Below the pieces are notes generated by a model, which searched no databases, was not told where the DNA came from, and worked only from the letters and a program-made list of their open reading frames with translations. Of a stretch of 64,000 nt of DNA, positions 1-10,124 are shown piece by piece. Position numbers and translations under genes: made by a program. Source of the DNA: Escherichia coli (GTDB lineage Bacteria; Pseudomonadota; Gammaproteobacteria; Enterobacterales; Enterobacteriaceae); the NCBI RefSeq assembly GCF_003334315.1, contig NZ_QOWR01000022.1. One strand, 5' to 3'. How positions within the stretch are numbered: the first letter of the stretch is position 1; every line of letters starts with the position of its first letter.

Positions 1-149
1 GGTTGAGAAGCGGTGTAAGTGAACTGCAGTTGCCATGTTTTACGGCAGTGAGAGCAGAGATAGCGCTGATGTCCGGCGGTGCTTTTGCCGTTACGCACCA
101 CCCCGTCAGTAGCTGAACAGGAGGGACAGCTGATAGAAACAGAAGCCAC
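1..149 (-). CDS. insA: IS1 InsA, N-terminal fragment (GTG start at 149..147, runs off the window)
   Basis: Minus-strand translation from the GTG gives [49 protein letters not shown], matching InsA from memory. Confidence 0.7.
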   Translation of the reverse strand, partial: MASVSISCPSCSATDGVVRNGKSTAGHQRYLCSHCRKTWQLQFTYTASQ

Positions 150-204
150 TGGAGCACCTCAAAAACACCATCATACACTAAATCAGTAAGTTGGCAGCAT
201 CACC
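1..204 (-). mobile_element. IS1 insertion sequence, partial (left terminal inverted repeat plus start of insA); the element continues beyond the window edge
   Basis: Reverse complement of 1..204 reads GGTGATGCTGCCAACTTACTGATTTAGTGTATGATGGTGTTTTTGAGGTGCTCCAGTGGCTTCTGTTTCTATCAGCTGTCC..., which I recognise as the IS1 left end. The psuK reading frame breaks exactly at 204/205. Confidence 0.85.
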
Positions 205-566
205 GTAATAGCGTTGCTAATATTCATGTCATTTATAGCAACCAGCATTTCACCGGTATTATCGAGTAATGATAAATAGCTCGACGTATTTTCTCCCGGC
301 ACAATCAGGCATTTATCGACATAAACGCCAGATTGATTGGTTTGCGTTAGCAGCGATTGGCCATAAAAATCACTGCCTACGGCGCTCAGTAGCCAGGCTT
401 TATTACCCAGCAACGCCAGGTTTTGTGCAATATTGCGCCCTACCCCACCAGGCGTAAATTTTATTTTACCTGGATTTGAATCCGCATAATTTAATGATTC
501 ATGTGAATATCCGGCGACATCAATATTCGCCGAGCCTATAATTACGACATAATCCTTTTCGCGCAT
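205..566 (-). pseudogene. psuK: Pseudouridine kinase psuK (yeiC), 5' part only (about 120 codons), truncated by the IS1 insertion
   Basis: ORF 183..566 (-) begins MREKDYVVIIGSANIDVAGYS... (PfkB-family sugar kinase N-terminus; full protein is about 313 aa). After ...NAIT the frame runs into IS1 and stops after 6 foreign codons. Confidence 0.8.
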
Positions 567-804
567 AGCACGTCCTCTGGTAAAAAATTACCAACCCTGT
601 CAATCCACAAGAATATAGATACTGCAAAGACAGTTTAAACATGTGTTCATATTTAAACATGTGCTCATAGTATGCATGTTTTACGTAAAGTAAATTGCCG
701 CCAGAGAGGCAAAGCGGGCAGATTTGAGCAGGCTCACAAAATGCGATTAAATGCCAGAATTACAAAAGCGAGGAATTTGTGACGGGATGCACAGAACATG
801 AACA

Positions 805-832
805 CTAAAAAAGGGCAGAAAAGAATCTGCCC
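805..832 (-). terminator. Rho-independent terminator downstream of fruA (end of fruBKA operon)
   Basis: GC-rich hairpin gggcagattcttttctgccc followed by a T-run on the minus strand. Confidence 0.6.
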
Positions 833-989
833 TTGAGGAAATAACCTTAGTGTTTGATGAACGTTTCAGGTTTCTACTGAAAGATAAAACCATTTAAATT
901 CATAAAATTACATTCACAAACCGGTCATTCTCTTTGCGCTCATCCAATGATACAGGGCAGTAAAATTCTGCCCTGTAACACACCTTTTA

Positions 990-2681
990 TTACGCGGCTT
1001 TCGCTACTGCGTCCACTTCCGGACGTTTCAGGAAGGCATAGGCCAAACCCGCCACCAGCGTACCGGCAATAATTGCTACCAGGTAACCCAGTACCGGCGT
1101 AATAGCGCCAGGGATCAGCAGAACAAACAGACCACCGTGCGGTGCCATCAGTTTCGCACCAATCGCCATTGAGATTGCGCCAGTCAGCGCCCCACCCACG
1201 ATACAGCACGGCAGCACACGCATCGGATCACGAGCAGCAAACGGAATTGCACCTTCCGAAATAAAGCACAGTCCCAGTACCAGAGCAGCTTTGCCACCTT
1301 CCTGCTGCGCTTTGTCGAATTTGCGACGCGCCACCATTGTTGCCAGACCCATTGCCAGCGGTGGCACCATACCTGCCGCCATAATCGCCGCCATCGGGCC
1401 ATAGGTTTGAGTACTCAGCAGACCCACACCGAATGCGTACGCTGCTTTATTTACCGGACCGCCCATGTCAGTACACATCATGCCACCGAGGATCGCCCCC
1501 AGCAGAACCGCATTCGCAGTCCCCATGGTCTGCAGCCAGTGAGTCAACCCTTCGAGAATGCCAGCAACCGGTTTACCGATCAGGTAGATCATCGCCAGAC
1601 CGACCACCAGACTGGAAATTAGCGGAATGATCAGGATCGGTTTCAGCGCCTCCATACTCTGTGGCAGTTTCAGTTGCGTACTGATTAACTTCGCAATGTA
1701 ACCAGCCAGGAAGCCCGCAATAATACCGCCAATGAAGCCAGAACCGGTGCTGACCGCCAGCATACCACCAATCAGACCCGGCGTGAGACCCGGTCGATCG
1801 GCAATGGAGAAGGCAATGTAACCTGCCAGTACCGGCACCATCAGCGCAAAGGCTGAACCACCACCAATCTGCATCAGCGCCGCTGCCAACGTACCCGGCT
1901 CTTTAAACGCTTCGATACCAAAAGCAAAAGAAAGCGCGATACACAGACCACCTGCAACGACCATCGGCAGCATGTAAGAGACACCCGTCAGCAAGTGACG
2001 GTATGCGCCTGCACTCTCTTTCTTACCTTCAGAGGTCGCCGTTTGAGCTTTGCCCGCCGGTTCATACGGCGTTGCTTCAGCAACCGCTTTATCCAGTTCC
2101 TGCGCGGTTTTCTTCAGCGCCAGACCGGTAGAGGTACGATACATCGGTTTACCAGCAAATTTCGCCAGATCCACTTCGATATCTGCCGCCACAATCACCA
2201 GATCCGCTGCGGCTACTTCTTCGGGAGTGATTGCATTACCCGCACCAACAGAACCACGGGTTTCAACTTTCACCCACCAGCCACGTTTTTTCGCTTCGGT
2301 TTCAATGGCTTCAGCCGCCATAAAGGTGTGTGCTACGCCAGTCGGGCAAGCAGTCACCGCAACTACGCGTTTCGGACCGCTGGCGGCAACCGGTGCTGTC
2401 GCAGCGACCGGCGCAGTGTAAGGTTTCGCATGGCCTTTGGCTTCACTCAGGAACAGCTCAGGGTGCGCAACTGCCCGGGAAATATCGCCCAGCCAGACAT
2501 TTTTACCGTTCAGCGCGCTGTCATTCGGGATGGAATCACCGAGAACAATCGCCATTTCTGCGTCGTTCGGATTGTCGATGATTTCCAGTTTTGCTTTTCG
2601 CGCCGCCGCGCCCAGCAGGGTCTTCGCCATATAGGCGCGTGCCTGACCGAGATTAGCGTCAATAATCAGCAGCGTTTTCAT
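990..2681 (-). CDS. fruA: PTS fructose-specific EIIB'BC component
   Basis: 563-aa ORF with a large polytopic membrane domain and IIB-type region; position downstream of fruK and fruB. Confidence 0.95.
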   Translation of the reverse strand: MKTLLIIDANLGQARAYMAKTLLGAAARKAKLEIIDNPNDAEMAIVLGDSIPNDSALNGKNVWLGDISRAVAHPELFLSEAKGHAKPYTAPVAATAPVAASGPKRVVAVTACPTGVAHTFMAAEAIETEAKKRGWWVKVETRGSVGAGNAITPEEVAAADLVIVAADIEVDLAKFAGKPMYRTSTGLALKKTAQELDKAVAEATPYEPAGKAQTATSEGKKESAGAYRHLLTGVSYMLPMVVAGGLCIALSFAFGIEAFKEPGTLAAALMQIGGGSAFALMVPVLAGYIAFSIADRPGLTPGLIGGMLAVSTGSGFIGGIIAGFLAGYIAKLISTQLKLPQSMEALKPILIIPLISSLVVGLAMIYLIGKPVAGILEGLTHWLQTMGTANAVLLGAILGGMMCTDMGGPVNKAAYAFGVGLLSTQTYGPMAAIMAAGMVPPLAMGLATMVARRKFDKAQQEGGKAALVLGLCFISEGAIPFAARDPMRVLPCCIVGGALTGAISMAIGAKLMAPHGGLFVLLIPGAITPVLGYLVAIIAGTLVAGLAYAFLKRPEVDAVAKAA

Positions 2682-2697
2682 TATGCCTCTCCTGCTG

Positions 2698-3636
2698 TCA
2701 GTTAAAAGGTTGTAAGTCGACGCGCGCCATCATTGCGGCCAACTGCGGACGATCGGTAATACCCACATTGCTTTGACTTACCGCCAGGGCTGCAACAGCA
2801 GTCGCCAGACGCAGTGTGTGTTCACTGGATTCACGCATTAGCAAGCCATAAATCAGGCCACCAACCATAGAATCCCCTGCGCCAACGGTGCTTACGACAT
2901 CGACTGACGGTGGTTTGGCGATCCATTCGCCGGAGGCATTAACCCAAAGCGCGCCTTCGGCACCCAGTGAAATAACGACATGCGCAATACCTTGTTCACG
3001 CAGCGCATGCGCAGCTTCAATCACATCTTTCATTTCAGGCAGTTTACGGCCTGCCCAGATTTCCAGCTCGCGGCGGTTAGGTTTCACCAGCCACGGTGCC
3101 GCTTTCAAACCTGCTACTAACGCTTCACGGCTACTATCAAAGATAATGCAAGGACACTGACTACGCAGGCGAGTCATCCAGTCGGTGAACGCTTCCGGGC
3201 TGACGCCTGACGGTAAGCTTCCGCTGACACAGACCATATCGAACTGACCGAGCCAGCTCAGAGAATCAGTCACAAAGCGTTCCCAGTCGGCGGGGGTGAC
3301 TTCAAAACCCGAGAAGTTGAAGTCGGTCACTTCGCCGTCTTTTTCCGTCAGCTTAACGTTAATTCGGGTGCGCCCCTGTACAACCTGGAAACGGTTGGCA
3401 ATGCCCAGCTCGCTGAACAGTTGCTGAAAACCATCCTGATTGTCTTTACCCAGGAAGCCGCCAACGGTGACATCAATTCCCAGGTCTTTTAATACTTTGG
3501 CCACGTTGATGCCTTTACCCGCCGCATGCAGACCGGTGGTTTTCACCAGGTTCACTTCGCCGCGTTCAATTTCCGGGCAGAAACCAACAAGGTCATAAGC
3601 CGGATTAAGGGTGATAGTAGCAACACGTCTGCTCAT
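2698..3636 (-). CDS. fruK: 1-phosphofructokinase
   Basis: 312-aa ORF, PfkB family ([15 protein letters not shown]...); start overlaps the fruB stop (TAATG). Confidence 0.95.
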   Translation of the reverse strand: MSRRVATITLNPAYDLVGFCPEIERGEVNLVKTTGLHAAGKGINVAKVLKDLGIDVTVGGFLGKDNQDGFQQLFSELGIANRFQVVQGRTRINVKLTEKDGEVTDFNFSGFEVTPADWERFVTDSLSWLGQFDMVCVSGSLPSGVSPEAFTDWMTRLRSQCPCIIFDSSREALVAGLKAAPWLVKPNRRELEIWAGRKLPEMKDVIEAAHALREQGIAHVVISLGAEGALWVNASGEWIAKPPSVDVVSTVGAGDSMVGGLIYGLLMRESSEHTLRLATAVAALAVSQSNVGITDRPQLAAMMARVDLQPFN

Positions 3637-4766
3637 TATGCGCCCTCCCCAAGACCAGCAGCGATAGCGTCGCCGATTGCTTTCAGCGCCTGTTCAGCAT
3701 CTGCACCCTGGGCGGTAAAGCGTAGGCGATGACCTTTCTTAACGCCAAGTGCCACAACTTTCATCAGACTACGTCCGTTTGCCGGTTTGCCGGTACCATC
3801 AAGGTTTGTCACGGTAATATCACTGTTAAATTGTTTAATGGTATTGACCAGCATGGTACCTGGACGAGCATGCAGGCCGTGTTCATTGCGCACCACAAAC
3901 TCCGCGCTTAACACGTCGTCGGTCGGCGCATCATCGCTGGTCAGCAGCGCCAGCAACGTTGCCGCATCCGCTTTCAGCAAGCGGTCAGCTTTATTGTCGA
4001 GCAATAAATCAGCGAGACGCTTAAGAACCGCGATGGGCTGATCGTCATTCATCGCCACACTCACCAGCATGGCTGCCGTTTCGCCGTCCACATCAAAAGC
4101 ATTTGCCGCACGGCTTACCGCAATCGCGCTACGCAGATTGCCTTCGGCGCTATCGCTCAGCCAGATACCCTGTCCGAGATTCAGCGGTTGTTCATTGATG
4201 GCTTTGGTGACGAAAGTGGCCTCAACTGCCCCCGCCTCTTTCAGACGCGCAGCGTTCAGCGCCTGAAGAGTCAGCAGATCGCTGGCGACGATATCCAGTG
4301 TCAGCATTTCGTTGTCGAGCTTCAGCTGCTCACTCTGCTTTTCGCCCATCAGTAATGCGCGAAGTTCTTCTGCTGTTGTTGCTGACTTCAGTTGTTCAGC
4401 AACGGAATCATCGCTCAGTACGTGGGTCAGCTGGCGTAGCAGGCCCAGATGTTCATCCGAGCTGGCAGCAATACCGATTGCCACGTACGCTACCTGACCG
4501 TCACCCCAGGTGACGCCTTCCGGGAACTGAAATACCTGAACGCCGGTTTTCAGCACCTGATCGCGGGTGTCGGTAGTGCCGTGTGGAATAGCAATACCAT
4601 TGCCGAGGAACGTTGAGGTTTGCTGTTCGCGCGCCAGCATGCCATTGACGTAGCCTTCTGCTACATTACCGGCCTGCACCAGCGCCGCAGCGACCTGGCG
4701 AATCGCCTCTTCTTTGTCTCCGGCCTTTTCGCCCGGATGGATGTCCTGTACGGATAACTGGAACAT
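3636..4766 (-). CDS. fruB: PTS fructose-specific multiphosphoryl transfer protein (IIA-M-FPr)
   Basis: 376-aa ORF; a C-terminal HPr-like domain is readable (...[19 protein letters not shown]...). Confidence 0.95.
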   Translation of the reverse strand: MFQLSVQDIHPGEKAGDKEEAIRQVAAALVQAGNVAEGYVNGMLAREQQTSTFLGNGIAIPHGTTDTRDQVLKTGVQVFQFPEGVTWGDGQVAYVAIGIAASSDEHLGLLRQLTHVLSDDSVAEQLKSATTAEELRALLMGEKQSEQLKLDNEMLTLDIVASDLLTLQALNAARLKEAGAVEATFVTKAINEQPLNLGQGIWLSDSAEGNLRSAIAVSRAANAFDVDGETAAMLVSVAMNDDQPIAVLKRLADLLLDNKADRLLKADAATLLALLTSDDAPTDDVLSAEFVVRNEHGLHARPGTMLVNTIKQFNSDITVTNLDGTGKPANGRSLMKVVALGVKKGHRLRFTAQGADAEQALKAIGDAIAAGLGEGA

Positions 4767-4780
4767 AGTTCTCCTCTCTT

Positions 4781-4866
4781 GCTGAATTGAAACGATTCAG
4801 CCTCTATGAGAAAAAAAGCGCCAACCTGGCTTAGGGTTAAAGACAAGATCGCGCTGAAACGTTTCA
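4781..4866. promoter_or_regulatory. fruBKA promoter region with two Cra (FruR) operator-like palindromes
   Basis: GCTGAATTGAAACGATTCAGC at 4781..4801 and GCTGAAACGTTTCA at 4853..4866, both matching the Cra consensus from memory, immediately upstream of the fruB start. Confidence 0.7.
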
Positions 4867-5133
4867 AGAAAGCATAATACTTCTGTTTCAGCACGCAAGG
4901 AAAGCCGTAAAGTTATGAGCAAAAGTTTGATGTGCTGCACAATTTTTTGCCATTTTTCCTAATTGCTGATGGGAAAATCCGTTATCAGCAATTTCATTTC
5001 AGCAGCGTCAGCAGCCAATCAGCAACAGTGAAATGGCATTTTGATTATTCGTGGCGCTTTTGATTTCGCTGTCTGTTTATTTTCTGACAAGCAGCGTAAA
5101 CTCCGCGTCTTCCTCTTCCAGTGATCGACCAGC

Positions 5134-6315
5134 ATGCATAACTCCCCCGCAGTCTCCAGCGCGAAATCGTTTGACCTGACCTCGACGGCGTTTTTAATCG
5201 TTGCCTTTCTCACCGGTATTGCGGGCGCTCTGCAAACCCCGACACTCAGTATTTTTCTTACCGATGAAGTACATGCCCGTCCGGCGATGGTGGGATTCTT
5301 CTTTACCGGCAGCGCTGTCATTGGGATTCTGGTAAGTCAGTTTCTCGCCGGGCGCTCTGATAAGCGCGGCGATCGCAAATCGCTGATTGTCTTTTGCTGC
5401 CTGTTAGGCGTGCTGGCCTGCACCCTTTTTGCCTGGAATCGCAACTACTTTGTTTTGCTATTCGTTGGCGTCTTTCTTAGCAGCTTTGGCTCGACCGCTA
5501 ACCCGCAAATGTTTGCCCTTGCCCGTGAACATGCCGACAAAACCGGACGTGAGGCGGTGATGTTCAGCTCTTTTTTACGCGCTCAGGTTTCACTGGCATG
5601 GGTCATTGGCCCACCGCTGGCTTATGCCTTAGCGATGGGTTTCAGCTTTACGGTAATGTATCTGAGCGCAGCGGTAGCGTTTATTGTTTGCGGTGTGATG
5701 GTGTGGCTGTTTTTACCGTCGATGCAAAAAGAGCTTCCGCTGGCGACCGGCACGATCGAAGCGCCGCGCCGTAACCGTCGCGATACGCTGCTGCTGTTTG
5801 TCATTTGTACATTGATGTGGGGCTCGAACAGCCTGTACATCATCAACATGCCGCTATTTATTATCAACGAACTGCATCTTCCCGAGAAACTGGCCGGTGT
5901 GATGATGGGGACCGCCGCCGGGCTGGAAATCCCGACGATGTTGATTGCCGGATATTTCGCCAAACGTCTGGGTAAGCGTTTCTTAATGCGCGTTGCTGCC
6001 GTGGGTGGCGTCTGTTTTTACGCAGGAATGCTGATGGCGCATTCACCTGTCATTCTGTTGGGCTTGCAGCTGCTAAATGCTATTTTTATTGGCATTCTGG
6101 GCGGCATCGGGATGCTCTATTTTCAGGATCTGATGCCCGGTCAGGCGGGTTCAGCCACCACGCTCTATACCAACACTTCGCGCGTGGGCTGGATCATCGC
6201 AGGATCAGTGGCGGGCATCGTCGCCGAGATCTGGAATTATCACGCTGTGTTCTGGTTTGCGATGGTGATGATTATCGCCACTCTGTTTTGCTTACTGCGG
6301 ATTAAAGATGTTTAA
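5134..6315 (+). CDS. setB: Sugar efflux transporter (MFS family)
   Basis: 393-aa polytopic membrane ORF; synteny next to fruB. Confidence 0.9.
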
Positions 6316-6566
6316 GGCGCGGTCAGCATTTCCAGATCGATAAGCCAGGTCATGGCCTGCTGACGCGAGTTACCGCACATTTCAGCGCTGGCTTGTAAGC
6401 CTGCACAGACTTTCGGTCGCAGTGGCGAGGTGAAAATTTTACAGCGTTGCTGTTCATCAAGCTGAATGCAGGGCGTATTGGCGGGCTTGCCATCTGGCAT
6501 ACCGGGAATAGGGCTGGAAATTGAAGGGGCAGTGCAACACGCCCCGCAACCCGGACGGCATTCCAT
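6312..6566 (-). CDS. yeiW: Small cysteine-rich protein YeiW (UPF0153 family)
   Basis: 84-aa product [45 protein letters not shown]...; internal start chosen from the 128-aa track ORF. Confidence 0.75.
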
Positions 6567-6720
6567 ACGTTGTTCTCTTAAGGTTAACCACCGGATTGAT
6601 GAGCGCGCACAGTACCACCTTTTTTGCACCAGCAAAAGTGCGAATACCACTTGCCCGAAAGGCCCGTCGCGAGTACTTTGTCGCGATATTTTTGACATTT
6701 TCGACTACAGGAATTTTTCG

Positions 6721-7293
6721 ATGCCAAGAGCGAACGAAATTAAAAAAGGTATGGTACTGAATTACAACGGCAAACTGCTGCTGGTTAAGGATATTGATAT
6801 TCAGTCGCCCACTGCCCGCGGTGCCGCTACGCTGTACAAAATGCGTTTTTCTGATGTCCGTACCGGGCTGAAAGTAGAAGAGCGTTTCAAAGGTGATGAT
6901 ATCGTTGACACCGTGACGCTGACCCGCCGTTACGTTGACTTCTCCTATGTCGATGGCAACGAATATGTCTTTATGGATAAAGAAGACTATACCCCGTATA
7001 CCTTCACCAAAGATCAGATTGAAGAAGAGTTGCTGTTTATGCCAGAGGGCGGCATGCCGGACATGCAGGTGCTGACCTGGGACGGTCAACTGCTGGCGCT
7101 TGAGCTGCCGCAGACCGTTGATCTGGAAATCGTTGAAACCGCACCAGGCATCAAAGGGGCATCTGCCAGCGCCCGTAACAAACCGGCGACATTGAGCACT
7201 GGTCTGGTGATTCAGGTACCAGAATACTTAAGCCCGGGCGAAAAAATTCGTATCCATATCGAAGAACGCCGTTATATGGGGCGTGCTGACTAA
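6721..7293 (+). CDS. yeiP: Elongation factor P-like protein (EfpL/YeiP)
   Basis: 190-aa product [43 protein letters not shown]..., an EF-P paralog fold; internal start chosen within the longer track ORF. Confidence 0.9.
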
Positions 7294-7515
7294 CTTCAGC
7301 CGCATGCAGAAAAGGGATAGCTCAGGCTGTCCCTTTTTTAATTTATTATACCAATCTTCTATTTTGCGCTTCCTGAACACCTTACGCCCTCAATTTTCAC
7401 TCGTTGATTGATCGCCCTCACACTTCATCGCATTAACAATCCAGACCAATTTCAATTGCTGTCATATAACTTTACACTGTCGTTGTTAATTAATCGTTAC
7501 TAAGACGTGACTCCT

Positions 7516-8982
7516 ATGAATACAATCGCCTCCGTTACGCTCCCGCATCATGTACACGCTCCACGCTATGATCGCCAGCAGTTGCAATCACGTATCGTTC
7601 ATTTTGGCTTTGGAGCCTTTCACCGCGCTCATCAGGCGTTACTGACCGATCGTGTGCTGAATGCCCAGGGCGGCGACTGGGGGATCTGTGAAATCAGCTT
7701 GTTCAGCGGTGATCAACTGATGAGCCAGCTCCGCGCACAGAACCATTTATATACCGTGCTGGAGAAAGGTGCGGACGGCAATCAGGTGATAATTGTCGGT
7801 GCCGTTCACGAATGCCTTAATGCAAAACTGGATTCCTTAGCGGCAATTATTGAGAAATTTTGCGAGCCACAGGTGGCAATTGTTTCCCTGACGATTACCG
7901 AAAAAGGCTATTGTATTGACCCGGCCACCGGTGCACTCGACACCAGTAATCCGCGGATTATTCACGATCTACAAACCCCTGAAGAACCTCACTCCGCACC
8001 GGGTATTCTCGTCGAAGCACTGAAACGCCGCCGTGAGCGCGGCCTTACACCGTTTACCGTGCTCTCCTGCGACAATATTCCCGACAATGGTCATGTGGTG
8101 AAAAACGCGGTGCTGGGAATGGCAGAAAAACGTTCGCCAGAACTCGCCGGGTGGATAAAAGAGCACGTCAGTTTTCCGGGAACCATGGTCGACCGCATTG
8201 TTCCGGCTGCAACCGACGAATCACTGGTGGAAATCAGCCAGCATCTGGGGGTGAATGATCCCTGCGCGATTAGCTGCGAACCGTTTATCCAGTGGGTGGT
8301 GGAAGATAACTTCGTCGCTGGGCGTCCTGCCTGGGAAGTCGCAGGTGTACAAATGGTGAATGATGTCCTGCCATGGGAAGAGATGAAACTGCGGATGCTT
8401 AATGGCAGCCACTCTTTTCTCGCTTATCTGGGTTACCTCTCAGGATTCGCCCATATCAGTGATTGCATGCAGGATCGCGCATTTCGCCATGCCGCCAGAA
8501 CATTAATGCTGGATGAGCAAGCGCCGACACTGCAAATTAAAGATGTCGATTTAACACAATATGCGGATAAGTTAATTGCACGTTTTGCTAATCCGGCGCT
8601 GAAACATAAGACCTGGCAAATCGCGATGGATGGCAGCCAGAAATTACCGCAACGCATGCTGGCAGGTATTCGCATACATCAGGGGCGCGAAACGGACTGG
8701 TCGTTGCTGGCATTAGGCGTTGCAGGCTGGATGCGTTACGTCAGCGGCGTTGATGATGCCGGAAATGCCATTGATGTTCGCGATCCGCTTAGCGATAAAA
8801 TTCGCGAACTTGTTGCGGGCAGCAGCAGTGAACAACGCGTAACCGCCCTGCTTTCCCTGCGTGAAGTTTTCGGTGATGATCTGCCAGATAACCCGCATTT
8901 TGTGCAGGCCATCGAACAAGCCTGGCAACAAATCGTACAATTCGGCGCACATCAGGCGCTATTAAACACCCTCAAAATTTAA
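7516..8982 (+). CDS. yeiQ: Mannitol-dehydrogenase-family oxidoreductase YeiQ
   Basis: About 488 aa; alternative start at 7507 gives 491 aa. Confidence 0.85.
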   Translation: MNTIASVTLPHHVHAPRYDRQQLQSRIVHFGFGAFHRAHQALLTDRVLNAQGGDWGICEISLFSGDQLMSQLRAQNHLYTVLEKGADGNQVIIVGAVHECLNAKLDSLAAIIEKFCEPQVAIVSLTITEKGYCIDPATGALDTSNPRIIHDLQTPEEPHSAPGILVEALKRRRERGLTPFTVLSCDNIPDNGHVVKNAVLGMAEKRSPELAGWIKEHVSFPGTMVDRIVPAATDESLVEISQHLGVNDPCAISCEPFIQWVVEDNFVAGRPAWEVAGVQMVNDVLPWEEMKLRMLNGSHSFLAYLGYLSGFAHISDCMQDRAFRHAARTLMLDEQAPTLQIKDVDLTQYADKLIARFANPALKHKTWQIAMDGSQKLPQRMLAGIRIHQGRETDWSLLALGVAGWMRYVSGVDDAGNAIDVRDPLSDKIRELVAGSSSEQRVTALLSLREVFGDDLPDNPHFVQAIEQAWQQIVQFGAHQALLNTLKI

Positions 8983-9099
8983 CGATTTCTGCGGTTAAAG
9001 CGGATGAAGCTCACCTTCGTCCGCTCTCCCCTTCTCTTTTCTGCCTTTTTTAGCCAGGATTAACGCTCAGTTAACTTACCAGAGTATTGCGGAGCCGTT

Positions 9100-10086
9100 G
9101 TGACCAGGACCAACCTCATCACCGGTTTTCTCGGCAGCGGGAAAACCACGTCGATTCTTCATCTGTTAGCCCATAAAGATCCCAACGAAAAATGGGCGGT
9201 ACTGGTTAATGAATTTGGGGAAGTCGGAATTGATGGTGCTTTGCTCGCCGATAGCGGCGCATTGCTGAAAGAGATCCCCGGCGGCTGCATGTGCTGCGTT
9301 AATGGTTTACCCATGCAGGTAGGGTTGAATACCTTACTGCGTCAGGGAAAACCAGACCGCTTGTTGATAGAGCCGACCGGGCTGGGCCATCCGAAACAGA
9401 TCCTCGATCTGTTAACCGCACCAGTCTATGAACCGTGGATAGATCTGCGCGCCACCTTGTGCATTCTCGATCCGCGCTTGCTGCTGGACGAAAAAAGCGC
9501 CAGCAATGAAAACTTCCGTGACCAGCTGGCTGCCGCAGACATCATTGTCGCCAATAAATCCGACCGTACGACGCCCGAAAGTGAGCAAGCGCTACAGCGT
9601 TGGTGGCAGCAAAATGGTGGCGATCGACAATTAATTCACAGTGAGCATGGGAAAGTTGACGGTCATCTTCTGGATTTGCCGCGTCGCAATTTAGCCGAGT
9701 TGCCCGCCAGCGCCGCGCATTCTCATCAGCATGTCGTGAAAAAAGGGTTAGCAGCGTTAAGCCTGCCAGAGCATCAACGCTGGCGTCGCAGTCTGAACAG
9801 CGGGCAAGGATATCAGGCCTGCGGCTGGATATTCGACGCTGATACGGTATTCGACACCATTGGCATTCTGGAATGGGCGCGACTTGCACCGGTGGAACGC
9901 GTCAAAGGCGTGCTGCGTATTCCCGAAGGGCTGGTGCGAATCAACCGTCAGGGCGATGACCTGCACATTGAAACGCAAAACGTTGCGCCACCGGACAGCC
10001 GTATTGAGCTGATTTCCAGCAGCGAAGCTGACTGGAATGCCTTGCAGAGCGCGCTGTTGAAGCTTCGTTTAGCGACTACCGCGTAA
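9100..10086 (+). CDS. yeiR: Zinc-binding GTPase YeiR (CobW/COG0523 family)
   Basis: 328-aa ORF with P-loop GFLGSGKTT, a GCMCC motif and a His-rich stretch; GTG start. Confidence 0.9.
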   Translation: MTRTNLITGFLGSGKTTSILHLLAHKDPNEKWAVLVNEFGEVGIDGALLADSGALLKEIPGGCMCCVNGLPMQVGLNTLLRQGKPDRLLIEPTGLGHPKQILDLLTAPVYEPWIDLRATLCILDPRLLLDEKSASNENFRDQLAAADIIVANKSDRTTPESEQALQRWWQQNGGDRQLIHSEHGKVDGHLLDLPRRNLAELPASAAHSHQHVVKKGLAALSLPEHQRWRRSLNSGQGYQACGWIFDADTVFDTIGILEWARLAPVERVKGVLRIPEGLVRINRQGDDLHIETQNVAPPDSRIELISSSEADWNALQSALLKLRLATTA

Positions 10087-10124
10087 GGTTGCCTGCGTTT
10101 TTCAGTAAGATAATTAGAGAAAAT

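Noticed and set aside
953-975. Hairpin cagggcag-taaaattc-tgccctg immediately downstream of the fruA stop, as a possible terminator
   Set aside because: No T-run follows it on the minus strand; the better terminator candidate is at 805..832. It may be an mRNA-stabilising stem-loop, but I cannot support a specific call.
1995-2705. 236-aa plus-strand ORF antisense to fruA, and similar long antisense ORFs inside napA (40578..41141, 42165..42857), ompC (51433..52479), ccmF (33534..34283) and others
   Set aside because: They lie entirely inside well-supported genes on the opposite strand and have low-complexity Arg/Cys/His-rich composition typical of antisense frames in GC-rich coding DNA.
6457-7089. 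210-aa minus-strand ORF overlapping yeiP
   Set aside because: Antisense to the well-conserved EF-P paralog; the yeiP frame gives a recognisable EF-P fold sequence and the antisense frame does not.
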